Shown here: positions 12,281 through 24,967 of the stretch, one piece after another
Numbering within the stretch: the stretch's first letter is position 1
How the letters are laid out: each line of letters starts with the position of its first letter
Assembly: GCA_036172245.1 (NCBI GenBank)
Contig: JAYWIR010000002.1
Span: 2,728,001 to 2,792,000, forward strand
Source: Raillietiella orientalis
Lineage: Eukaryota
DNA length: 64,000 bases
Direction: 5' to 3'
Position numbers and translations under genes: made by a program
The notes under the pieces: generated by a model
The model's database searches: none
Told to the model about the DNA's origin: nothing
Seen by the model: the letters and a program-made list of their open reading frames with translations, nothing else

Positions 12281-15200
12281 GAGCACGAAGAACGCATTCG
12301 AAGAGAAGAAAAAAGTCTTGATATCAGATTACGAGAGCTCTCTGGAAAAGATGAGGAACTCCATCTCGGCCGACTTCCTGAATAGCTGTCGCTCCATAAA
12401 AGAGTCCTGGGTGCAACAGAGACAAACCGAATCCAGGGAACTGAAGCTCCAATACGCCGGCAAAATCCAGCCTCATTTGAAACTGCTCAAGAACATGAGG
12501 TAATGCTACCAACTCAAAAAGGCCAGACTTTGCTTCCCGGGACTTTGCAGCCACCGAGTTGGGAGGTCATTCGGGTTTCTGTTTAACTCTCGCCAACTCT
12601 CATGTTGACCGTGGGGTGCTTTCAGAGCGATCGTGAGTTTGAAAGGGCGTTTCACCTATTCGAATACGGAGATCCCTCCGAACGGTGTGGCAGAGAACGC
12701 GCGACCCGCTGCGCTTTTTTATCTGAATCTCGAGAATTTGGGGGGATCGAAATCAGCCTCCACATCATGGGACTCGCTGATCTGCTACCACGCCCAGTAT
12801 CCTGACTGGTAGAAATTCGAAGGCATTCACGTAGCGTTACAAAAAAAAAGCCTTTCTACATAGTAAGAAATTGTCACTCGTTATGTATAAAGTGCATAAA
12901 AGTTGTATATATGTTTCTTCAACGATGTTGACCGGATGGTGGCCTAACAGTATCCTAAATGACCCTATCGCTGAGAGTCCAAGACCATTCTAGGTTCTTT
13001 ACTCTCTATAAAATTCCGATCTCATATTTTCATCGAAACGAGTTTTTATGTATACAAATTTTTTCATACTCCTCGAGACAAACAAGCTCGTTTTATTCCC
13101 TTTCCAAGATGAAAGCAACCGCTGAGATGGGTATAGAACACCAAAGTACTTTGTGTGCAACAGTGAGGCTCCTCGATGTGGTTCTGCGCAAGCGGCAACT
13201 TAAAGACCCCAAGGGAATGCTGGTATGCGTAACGGAGAGACCTGAACGAACACTTGGGAATTTTTGTTACACATCTGTGCATCCGATTATGCCAAATTGA
13301 GCATACTGGATTTGAACCAGGCCATATCCACAAAAACAAATTTCTTTAGAGAATTAGAACATGCTTAACTCCTTTAAGGGCAGAGTAGGTGCATTCTACT
13401 AGAAAGTAGAAAGAATTATATTGCAGGAGCGAATGCACTTAATGAGACACACAAATACCTTTTTTTTTGTTTGTTTGTTCCTTTCTTTTTTAGCTCGTTT
13501 AAGGCGATTCTGTAATTGGAAAAATCTGTTGATCGATAAAGTTTATTACTGTTGCAGCAGTAATAAACTGACTTGGAGAAAATGCCTTTGGAAAGGCGAA
13601 ATCAACGATCTGAAAGGAGAAGACGCGCTGAATTGACTCCGAATATTTCAAGAACGTCCCCTTAAAGAACCGTGGCCGATCTCTATGCGGGAAGGGGAAA
13701 AGAGAGGGATGAATTTCAGTGATGCTCGCTCTGGTGATGGTGATAAATTGAAGTCAACCGGCAGTTTGTTGAGAATGTCAGTGGAAATTGGGAAAGCTGG
13801 GATTGCCAAAGATCTTTACGACGAGCCCGTATTGGATCTCAGTTTAACTGCTGTAAATTTGATTGATTTAAAATCTACTTGATTTCGGTTTGATCATCAT
13901 GGCTGATGACCTTTATTTGAGCACCTCGAGAGATGAAACCAATAAAGTGGCTCTTGTGTATTCATCACAAAGAAAACGACGCTGGAAGGAGACGACAGCG
14001 TGGTGCAAAGGAGAGAGATCAGGAGAAACTCCCCGGTAGACACGCCGGTTCTATCAGTGCGTTCTATGTGTGCCGTGTTGTGATCTTTTTCTGCTCGTCG
14101 CGCACACTCTGCACGTCCATGTCATCGTGCATCACCTCGGAAAGAAGTGATGCGTACAACGAGGTGTCTTGCGCCCAGCTAGGACGGCAGGGCGACTTGT
14201 GGGACCATGAACGTGTTCCACGCCAGTGACGCTCATACGTTCCATCCATGTTCCGGAAACTCCTGCACCACAACCACGCTCGGGAGCCTGACTTTTCGAC
14301 CAATCTTGAAAACAAGGGAGGATGCATGCTTGTGGATTCTCTTATTAAAAATCAAGTTCCTTTCTTTTTCCATGAGCCTGCTTCTCTTGCAAGAGTACCG
14401 TGAGATCGCATGGCGATCTTCAATCCTTGCCTTCGGTGATCTTCAGCTAAATGTAGGAGGGTGGAAGAAACTCATCATCTGGGTATCCGTGGACCTCCTC
14501 CTCAACTCACAACAAAGTCTCGGGTTTTTAAGAGCCTGATTTTTTTTTTTTTAAATGGTTTTGAAAATCCCCTTCTTTACATCGGATCTCGTTGCTTTCC
14601 CTAGTGCCTTCCTGTGTTTTGTGTTCCATTTTTTTTAAAGGAGGGAATCTACTTCCCGTCGCAGCCTTGTTGGCGCAGCACTTCTTATGAAGTTGGTTGG
14701 ACCCATGTTTCTGCATCCTTTCCTGGAACTTCCCTACCTCTCTCAAGTTACTGAAAATGCTACTCCCCCTATGTGAGATCCTTTTCTCCTCTAGCGATGA
14801 GCAGGGGAGTCGCCCCCCTGACAAATTCATCTGCATTGGACTCGTTGGATACAGGAAAGTAACTCGGTTTGAAAATGAGAGCAAAAATGAATGACCACAG
14901 ACCTGGATAGATGGGAATGTCTCCCGTTTCCGAATTAGGAATGATTTTCATTTGGAACGTCTTCTGCTAGACTCCTAACGAGTCGGAATCTGTAGATGCT
15001 CTGGTTGAATCCTCCAATTAGAATTATATCCGGATATCTACATGGTTCTAAAATATTTAGAATCCTAAAATCTTACTTTTCTCAAAAAAAGAAAGAAAAT
15101 ACATTTATTGTAGTCAGTCCACGAGCGATGGACTGGAAGTGTCATTGGTCTTGCAGAAATCTTCTCGCATCGGGACGAGAACTGAAATCCCGAACGGATT

Positions 15201-15489
15201 TTCTTCCCCTGCAGTCCAATCGAAACGCGGCTGCAATGTCGAACAAACGGCCATTCTCTTTCTCTTGCGAAAAATAAGCTGCCTCGTTCGAAGGCTTACT
15301 CTCCACAAATCCTCCAAAGCAAATTTTACTGAGATACGGAGCTGATTGCTTGATTTATCCCGCACAGGATCAAGAAGAACCAACTGGAAAAGCAGATAAG
15401 TGAGCTACGAACGATGCTGGGCACCCTTCAAAAAGAGCTGCTCATGAAGCAGTGGGAGGTGATGCGACTCTACAGAAGCGACAACAACG
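12281..15489 (+). CDS. Candidate internal exons of an unidentified coiled-coil protein gene (12281-12499 and 15368-15489)
   Basis: Exon 12281-12499 (tctcag|G...ATGAG|gtaatg) encodes STKNAFEEKKKVLISDYESSLEKMRNS...KLLKNMR. Exon 15368-15489 (gcacag|G...G|gtgagt) encodes IKKNQLEKQISELRTMLGTLQKELLMKQWEVMRLYRSDNN. Both are heptad-like and joined in phase 2. Start and stop not found. Confidence 0.35.
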
Positions 15490-18400
15490 GTGAGTCATTC
15501 AAATGAGGCTTTTTAAAACCCTGAGAATATACCGTTTTAGCAGTCGCGAGAATTTCTCTTTAAGTCTCCCTCATTTTTAGCCTTTGGCTGCAAGAACACA
15601 CATCTCATCTCCTTAAACTATAAGTTACATAAGCTCATTCGGCACCGAGTCTTGGGATGGGATCTTCACTCATCTCTGAATAAAAAAGCGTGCGAAGGAA
15701 GAAATGCGTACAACTAACCTCACCTGATAAAAATCATTCTAGTTTACCGACCATTCGAGCTATCCATTGAAGGGAGATTATTCCTTTGCTCCTCGAGATC
15801 AGTTCTGACATCTTGACTGATGCTCTGACAGTCCCTCTTTGTTTTTGTTACACTTTTATGCTACTACGCTCCCGACGAGCCCAAATAGGCACAATTTTTT
15901 GCATTTTGCCTTCGAGAGATCCTGAGACCCTTCTTTTCAAACTCTTTTGGAATTCGCATGAGTTGACCGCGCACGGGTGCCTCAAATGTGCTGTCAATCC
16001 AAAGCACAGGAAATGTTTGAAGATGAATGAAAAATAGCGAAAAAAAAGTTTGAGCAAAAAAGGTTGGCTCTATTTCTCGCTGTTGTAAATCTGTTTATGT
16101 AGCGATGCAGGACGTCTAACATGATATGTTTCCTGTGCTCGGACACACAAGCACAAGAAGCTATGATGTTGCTGAGGATTCATCAAATCCGTTTAAGACT
16201 CCCCTCGAATTATTCACAAAGAAAACTCGCTCGATACTGTCAACACCGTCAGCAGAAGGGGCAGACAAGCCACCTACCTCAAGAACAAGCTGCACCTACC
16301 GGTTGACAAAATTACCGATGTATACAGCTACCTCGAGTGCTTCTTCAGAACGCTGGCTTACTACTAAGTTTAACTGCAAATTGCTGGCTGGACTTGGATC
16401 ATTGAGGATGGTGTTTTTTGTTACTGGACGTTTGAGCCCAGAGCTCCCTTCCTCAAGTGCTGCATTTGTTTTTGTTTTTTTTTTGGGGGGGGGGCAATGC
16501 ATATTTCCATCTATAAGTCGAAAACACGAATTCCAGTTCCAAGCCTGTACTGCTCGAGCGCGTCAGTAATCCGTGATGAAATGACATGCTGTGGTACACC
16601 TAGTTTTTGAGCATGAACCAGAAATCCTACGCTCGCCCAAGCATGAGATACAAGAACGAAGACGAGGAACAATTACAGAATGTCTAAACCATCGCTGCGA
16701 GATGGTTTTACAGCACTGGAACTGCCTTCCGCTTACGATGATGCGATCTGTATTTGGTTGGTTAGGATGCACGTGTGCGATTCTCCTTGGAAGACTGGAT
16801 AACGGGAGATGACTGGAGCTCGCAAGGTCGCCGAATCCCAGACCAGCTCGTGAGCTGAAAATTGTAAACCGATCCTGAATGCTGACTGCAATTCAAAGAG
16901 CGACGATGAGAAGAAAGGTTCTTGAGATTTATTCGAACCTTGAATTTTTCTGCACACTTAAAATCCCGGGGAACCTCGTAAAGTCCAGTAAATACACTGA
17001 GCCAAAAAAATGTTACCATTTCCTTACCAAGCTTTATATTCCATAATGGTGGCATCTGAAGGAGTACTGACTAGGATGCGCTTCCTCGTGCACATGATGC
17101 GTGGAAAGCAGAAGGAGTTGCAAGAAAAAAGAATTCCAACAAACTAAAGCATCTGCAACCCTGCTGTTGGTCGGGAATTCTTTGGTGCCTATGGAAGATG
17201 TGGCGATTTCATAATCAATGAAGCGCCAAGAGAATCACGGAGATTTCCTCAGGCTAGCTTATAGATGAGAGTCTCAGCCCATCCTCTCTGGCTCAAAAAG
17301 ACAAGAGAAAATCTCTATTCGATATTTTCGATCTTTTGATGGAAGTGGGAGGCGGGGGGGGATGTAATGTTTTTCGCTTTGGACGTTTCTCAGTTTTTCT
17401 GAATTGAAGCACTTTGCTTTTTGCGTACTGAGGTTTTTCGATGCCTAGTGATTACTACAAGGATAATTACCACGTTTCAAAACAAATAATTAGACTTCTG
17501 ACAACAGTGCTCTATTGGAGAATCCTGCGAAAACTTAACAAAAACAAGCAGTTGCAATGGGAAAGAAATTCGTGCTTTCTTTGGGAAACAGGACAAATAG
17601 ACGAAGAGGTTATTCGCTCTGATGCTTCACTTTTCAACGAAAAGCAACGAACTGCTTGAAATGCTAAGCGTCCGTTTCTTCCGTGGTTTTATCAACTTTG
17701 GAAACCTAGCCTACTTGGAATTGCACATTATCTTCATCTGGTCAACTATTGCAAAGGAATTGGAAGATTAAAGTTGTTGATATTGTCTATTCTTATAAGA
17801 TTACATTTTGAAAAAAAAATCCTTGTTTTGAAATAGGCATACTTACCCGAACGAGTAACGATACAGCTCCAGGTGGTTTTCCAAGGATGACCTGATGAGG
17901 AACTTAGCATGCGTCTGAGGGGAATTGATGCAGCTCCAACCACAGTCCTTCATTATGGAAGATCCAAATGAATTTGAAGGTCAAGGGACAATGAACGGGT
18001 TTATCGGAGCAGTGATGTACTGCTCGAGGATCCAAACGAGTGCACTGAAGAGACAGCCACTGAACTCAATTCCCCGCCTGCCGTTTTGCACCAAATACAG
18101 AATTACTTGAGCAAGCCCGCTCCTTCATTGAATGCCGTCTGCATTTGCACAGGAGGACAAAGAGGAAAAAAAAATTTGACCTCCGATGATTTTTTGCACT
18201 TTGCTTTTTGTGGAAAACGGCCATTTTGTCCCTAGAACACGTCGGGGTCATTTTGATTTTGGTAGTTGATATGTCTCCATGCGAACGAACCGGCCCGGAT
18301 GAATTTGCAGAACGAGGCGGAACACGGTATTTTGAAGTAGATCATCAGCGGCCCTTGCAATCAGCTTCCAATATCGATGTTCGGACCATTAAACGATGAA

Positions 18401-19619
18401 ATGTGATGAACATTGCACGAACACAGAATCAGGAACAAAAGCATTTGGAAAAATAAAAAAAGTCTCGGATACGCATCTTCTCAAAAGGAACATACCAAGT
18501 TTTGGGTTTCTTTCAGAAAGAACTGTTGTCACAACCACGCAGAGAATTTCGTTCGTCCACGCTTTAAAAGTGGGAATACCATCCCATCGAGGTTAGCGTA
18601 GTCAAAGACTGGTCGAATACTCACAAAGACCGATAAGTTCTCAGGGTTCAGATGCCTTTCTAAATTCCAACACTTTCAGTGATCGCATGCAAGATGCAAC
18701 CTTATGTGTTCGGTAACTTGGTCTTTAATAAAGGATACGACTGGATTCCCTCCAGCGTCCGAATGAAATTAGCAGCTACTTAAAAAAGATGCTGTGTCTT
18801 TTGTACAACCGTGCACAGTAAAACTCCAGATGCGTGCACTCCTTTTTCCGCCTGAGGTACAGCTTAATTCTCGTGTAAAGGTATCACATAAAAGTATGGT
18901 AATTTTAATCGCAAAATTATAACACCGCAAGCGCGAATCATGGCTGCTGGTAAGGTCTTTATAAAGATGAGACCTCTTGTCATTGTCATTTAAAGTAATT
19001 AAATGAATAAAACGCGCTAATAAATGAAACCTAGTAGCAACAGTTTCTGGTTTCTTGGAATGTACAAGAGAACAAGAATTCCTGGTTCGGAGATCCAATG
19101 GTAGCGTGAACACAACACATTCAGCGCGTTCCTGAATAGTAGTTTGGTGTCATTCAAACATTCTAAAGTAGCCTAGAATTGTTTTGTCTGAGAATACATA
19201 ATTGTTCAAGGAACTTTTGCAGAATTTTTTTTCTCTAGTACTAGCTTCCAAAAGATATCACCTCAACCATCTCTATTACTTATGTAATCTTACATCACTT
19301 CATCTGACTTCACCAGACTAAATTCTCAAACATAATTATATGGGTGACGAGAAAATTGCTAGATGGAAATAGTCAACATACAATTTATAGTCGGTCTCCC
19401 TGAATTACTGAAGTTGTGATGCATGGAAAACCGTAACATCAGAATGGAAGGAAAAAATCCTCGCAATGCTGAGGGCAGTTTGAAATCTCATCAAGTGTTT
19501 CCTCAGTAGCAAAGTACATGACGATTATCAGCTTTGAGCAAATAACTTGTTCTTCAGAAAACATTTTTTCACGATAACTTAGTGAATTGGTAGTTTTCAT
19601 GTTAAGCAGAACTGGCGCT

Positions 19620-20050
19620 GTAGGCTGAACCAAACGTGGGGAGATGCGCCGCCCGACGCGAGAGCTCATCAGATCCCATGGAAGGTGTTGGTTGCTATGG
19701 ACAGCAGGACGGTGGCCACGGAAGTCGGAATCCGCTAAGCAGTGTCGGCAGAGACTCACCCGCCGAAGCGACCGGCCTAGAAAATGGATGGTGCTCAAGC
19801 GTCGAGCCTATACCCAACTGCCGGGACAGAACCGTTCCTGCCTTCCGGGAGCGTTCCGGAGAACTGCAGGTTCCTCAGGTTCCGGTGAGGGTCGCGACGG
19901 TGAGCACAGAAGGGTTTGGGCACGAAATCGCCTGGAGCTGCCGTCGGCGCAGATTTTGGTAGTAATAGCAAATACTCCTGGAGAAGGGTTCCATGCGAAC
20001 AACCTTTGAGCATGGTTCAGTCAATCCAGAGTCCCCGGAGAAAACTTATG
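19620..20050 (+). mobile_element. GC-rich fragment, probably the 3' (zinc-finger) end of a non-LTR retroelement
   Basis: Isolated CpG-rich island encoding KWMVLKRRAY...RSC...HRRVW, reminiscent of the zf-RVT region. Weak. Confidence 0.25.
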
Positions 20051-23000
20051 GTTTCCATTTAGAGTCAGAATGCTTATCCTTGAGCCCATAAGGCAATTTC
20101 TCATTCAAATTTGCGAAAATGATGAGACCGATTGTAGTAAATGAAAATTTTTATTTTCGGATCAAAACATGAAAACATGGGCGCCACCTTACAGATGTAT
20201 CAATTCTTCCAGTTAGAGCCACATTTTCAACTCCGAAATCAAATCGCTGCGTATTCGGTCAATACAAAGATGAGTTCCCATTAACCTCAGCAGATACTTT
20301 ACCATCTCCATATAAAATCTGCTCATTCCAGATTTGGCTCTAACTACTCTAATAGGTATTTATCAGCTACCAATCCTGACCACTCCCTGTTTTTGCTTGC
20401 AAATTTCTCTTCTCTTCCTTCTCTTAGATAAATTTATCTCATAACTCGGACCTCTTAAACCAAACAAATTTCGATTAACTCACAGAAAGTAAGTAGCTTT
20501 GAATAAACTTAATTCAGCTGATTTTCTTATTTAATTCAGTTTCACTAGTGCAGTGCCTCGATAATTTTGGATTCTTACATACAGTAAACTTTAATTCTTA
20601 GATCCGCAAGAGTAAATAATCCCATATTTCATTTATTCGATTTGCAGACTGGGCGGTGCTGTGTTCTGAGACCTTTTAAACGAAACTCTTTCTTGAGATT
20701 AAATTATTCAGAGACCATGCCTATCCTATCTTCTACGACTGTCTAGCAATAGCATGACAGTCGTAAACTTGGAGGCATACGCTCACTTTTGTACTCATCG
20801 TACATTCCACAATATAAAAACAACAAAATCTTAGTTTTCTGTTTGATGCATTCCCCATTTTCCATTTGAATACATTAAAAATTTACGAGCACCTATCGGT
20901 TCCCCTGGTAGACCAACACAGAAAGAATGCACGAGACAGGCTGTCTATATCACGTAGTCCTAGCATGTCTGAGGTGGAACTGAGTGTTGTAATATTATTT
21001 GTACACGACTGTATTTGTTATATACAATTGAATAAAAACTTCATTTCACAATAAATAGTGCGAATAGATCTTTATGCTATGCACATAGCAAGGCACACAC
21101 ATACAGACATGCTCATTGGATGCAGATTTTTGCATACTTTCGGTCGGTTCATTCTCTCTGCATTCAAGGTCACCGAAGTTTGCACGCATTTTTTGTATCT
21201 TGCAAATTGTGCGTATACCTTTATACAATTTCATTTTTCCATTTCTGTAATTAAAATTCAAAGCTTGGTAACAGGCGTTTGTATACTACACTGCATTTTA
21301 GAAAATATGCAGCTCTCTGAACACGAGAATACCAATCACAACGGTTAGCGACATGCCAGAATGTTAAAGAACAGTTCACTGGTATGAATGCAATTCAAGT
21401 ATATCCAATCGTTCAAAAGTTTTATTTGCCACTTACCAAATTCATGTACTCACTTTCTCACACCTAGCAGAAATTTATAACCAATAACCCTAGTTAAAAA
21501 CTTTCAAGAACAAAAAAAAATCACTTTACTGTAATCTATGGTATAACAAAGATTTCAAACCAAACTTTACCAAAAAGTAATATCCCCAATTTTACTGCAA
21601 ATAATTTATGGTAACTAAAAAAATGAACGTATGTATGCATTAGCAGATCCTGCCACATCATTCACAATAAACAATATAAGTATTCAAACACTGGTCATGA
21701 ATTTCATATTCTGAAACGTACTTAAAATTGACTTTGCTCTGACACATAGAATTTCTGTCACTGGATTTTGATCAACATGTTATGATGTTTCCTTAGTGAC
21801 AAGCAAATCACAGAGGTAACCAGGTGACTCATGCAAGAGAAATACATAATTCAATTTCCAGTGTAAACAACTGAAATTTATGATAAGCAAATTCTCCAAA
21901 TTCAGGTGAACAGGGCTTCAAGATGGAAGAATAAAAACATGATCTGCATTCAGTTTCTTCAAAAATGAGAGAGAATTATACATTACAAAAGGAGAATTAT
22001 ACTATGGTGCATACATGACTCAGGTATGAAATGTAGTTCCCTCATGGAAAGCAAGTAGTTAAGTTTATACCAATAATTTTATGAGTGCAGTTCTTGCATA
22101 AAGCATGTATGAATAAGACACTTACAGAAAACTATTATACAAACAATAAGTTTTATCATTTTAACTTGCAAATACCTACACCTACAAAGATCCATTTAAA
22201 AGTGCTAATTAAATGCTGAAAAACCTGTTATTGTGTCAGTGAACAAACAAGCTCCATAAAATTTTGAATGAAAACAGTGCTGTATTCCTAATATTCGCAG
22301 ATGCATAAGGAAATTAAATGATTCATAACTAATGTTAGAACAAGCACAACTGATCTCATGATCACGTACTTTTAACAGCACAAAATGTTTAAAAGACTTT
22401 TAATGTCAGGAGCTACATGAAGGAATAATGAATTAAAGTTTATTTGATTATCAAGAATTAATTATCAAGTTTAGTTTCTTACAGACTCAATAATGATTCA
22501 AAAGGTATCAACTAAATAAAATATCAAAATGAAGAAAACACCAAAGCAACTATACATCACTTGAGGGAGCAGCAACAAAAGGTCCAAAAATCTTATTAAG
22601 TATCTATGCCAAATAAGGACACATATTAAATTAGAAGCAAGATTTTTAAAGAGCTACTCAAGTTGTGCTTTCATACTGAATGTAAGAACATATTTTAAAA
22701 AGAAACCAATATAAATAAACAAAACAAACAAACTAATGAACCTGCGTTTTTGTGTTTTTTTTAAATGTAGAATTGTCTGGGGGATAACAAATACAAGGCT
22801 GCAAAAGCTCAATTCAATTTTCGACAAATTCTTGACTTTAAAATAATAACTGAAGATAGGCATCTCACTTAATATGACAGTTATACAAAAAGGGTGCAGC
22901 TGACAACTGACTACTTGTGTACACACCAGATGTGAATTGGACTAAGAACACAGTTTATCTAACAGTACATTTTCCCATCAGTATGTTTTATATTTTACCA

Positions 23001-23059
23001 ATAGAGGTGCTGATATACTTTAAGCAATAAATAGACACAATGATGTGCTTTTTTAAAGA

Positions 23060-24967
23060 TTATATTCTACTCCTAGGAATTTTTTTTTTTTTCTCTTTCA
23101 AAGAAAGTGTAGTCTAGACATCATACCTGATTGCTGACATGCTACTCCTGGCATCCACTGTTTTCTCTTTCTGACATCTTTGATTGTTTGGTCGTATTTC
23201 CTGTTTTACTTTATGGCCAATTACACACAAATCACTATTAGATTCAACCTGGTTTTCCATAAAGGATAATCATAAGAAAGCATGTGTACCTGTTGACTTT
23301 CATAGAGTAAGGGCAAAGGAACTAGCATATGGGAAGACATTGTTCTTGTTGCTTCTGAATCACTGAATATCAAAATGCAAGTAAAAATGAAAACAAAAGC
23401 CTGCATAACATAGCACTACCTTCCTGATATCTGATTTTCACTAAATTTATGACAGACATAAGTTATGCAATCCTTATTTGGGGACTGCAAATCCTTATCA
23501 CCAGAATCAGCATCATGAGAAATTACTTTTGTAATATAGTTCATGTTTTCCAGGCACCAAGTTTGCTCTTCCATTGGTAAACTGTTTATGTCTACTTGTT
23601 CTGTTTTCATTGTGGATCCAAGTATTCTGAGTTGCAATAATTTATTGAGCAGAATGAGTGTGTAAAAGCCAGCTACCTTAAATGTGGAAAAGTCTCGCAC
23701 CAAGAATCCACTTCCTTCTTTAATTCAGGGTTTATATCAGTTTGAAGTCCTTCATACATATATGATTCCAGATCATTCCACATTTTGGCAATCTGCTTAC
23801 CTGAATGTGTATCAACATCCTAAAAATTTCACCAAAAAAATCGGTCTTTTAATCATGATTTTTGCACAATTAATAAGATTATCTTTCCTGATTGAAAACT
23901 GTATTTACTACATTCCAAATATGCTACATGCAGTGCAAAACTTAATGAAAGCTTAATCCTTACTGTATCCTCGAATGAATTACATGAATCTGCAAGAAAA
24001 AATGGAACTGATGCATTGCTGTTCCAGCTCACATTTTTTTTTGATTTCTTCACATTTTTACTGATAACAATGACTTAAGGCATAAACTATAATTAAGGAT
24101 ACATACCATTTAATAGTGTCCATTTCATAAGAAATACTAATTTTTAGACATCCAAAATTTCATTCTTTTTTCAGAAAAGTTGAAAGGTAAAATTGTTACA
24201 TGACCACTTTTTAACTCACAAATATTTTTAAGAAACACTTAAATCTGTGGTCTTCAGATTGGAAACAACTTATTTCATTTTGTTCGGGGTGCAAATAACA
24301 GAATTGGGACTTAGTTGAATGATTGATTGAGAGTGCAAACGATTGACGATTTTCGTCAGCAGTTAATCTTAGAATCATCAATTTTTAATCCTGTTGAGTT
24401 CCATTTCTAACAAAGGTGAACGAACATTTCCATACAACTTAACAAGGATACACTTGAATGCGAACATATGACAGCAGTAACCAAAATACTTTGAAACTTA
24501 CCAAGAGAAATATACTATTAAGAAATAGCTATGTGTAAACGAAAATTCATTTTTTTTAAAAAAAAATAAACACTTAAAATCAGGCACGCTTGGTTAAAGT
24601 CCAATAACATAAATAATGATTACAATTTGGAAACTGAAAATGTGCCGACATTCCAAATTAACATCAACTAGTTCATCCTTCGAAACTGCTCTGCACACCA
24701 GCTTTTTGCTGCCATTACAGGGAATATTTTTACAGATTTCTTAACTTTGCTTGTGCCTGCTAGTGCATGTATTATTCCATCCGATAATTTTCAAAAATTT
24801 ATGCAATCATTATACATCTTATCACGTGGAATCTTTTAGAAATAACTGTTCACGGAAAATTATTTGGAATTAATCAATATGAAAAGCAAAAATACAAAAA
24901 TGTTTCATACTGAAAATGCCTTCACAGAACGGCATTCCTTCACCTCACAATTCTGAATCGCCTGCAT
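23060..24967 (-). CDS. FAM149: FAM149-family (DUF3719) protein; short form of about 217 aa if the model is complete
   Basis: Core exons 23819-23677, 23626-23420, 23362-23290, 23248-23127 are joined by GT-AG introns of 50, 57 and 41 nt with matching phases. They encode KQIAKMWNDLESYMYEG...PELKKEVDSWCETFPHLR|ILGS, which matches the recalled DUF3719 pattern (MF..ID..LYE...L..EC..W...FPHLRILG). Speculative 5' exons: 24967-24911, 24514-24502, 23989-23964. Speculative last exon: 23072-23060, after a 54-nt intron. Confidence 0.78.

Noticed and set aside
17980..18180. Open frame of about 65 codons (ERVYRSSDVLLEDPNE...) as a possible exon
   Set aside because: Weak acceptor and no demonstrable link to other exons.
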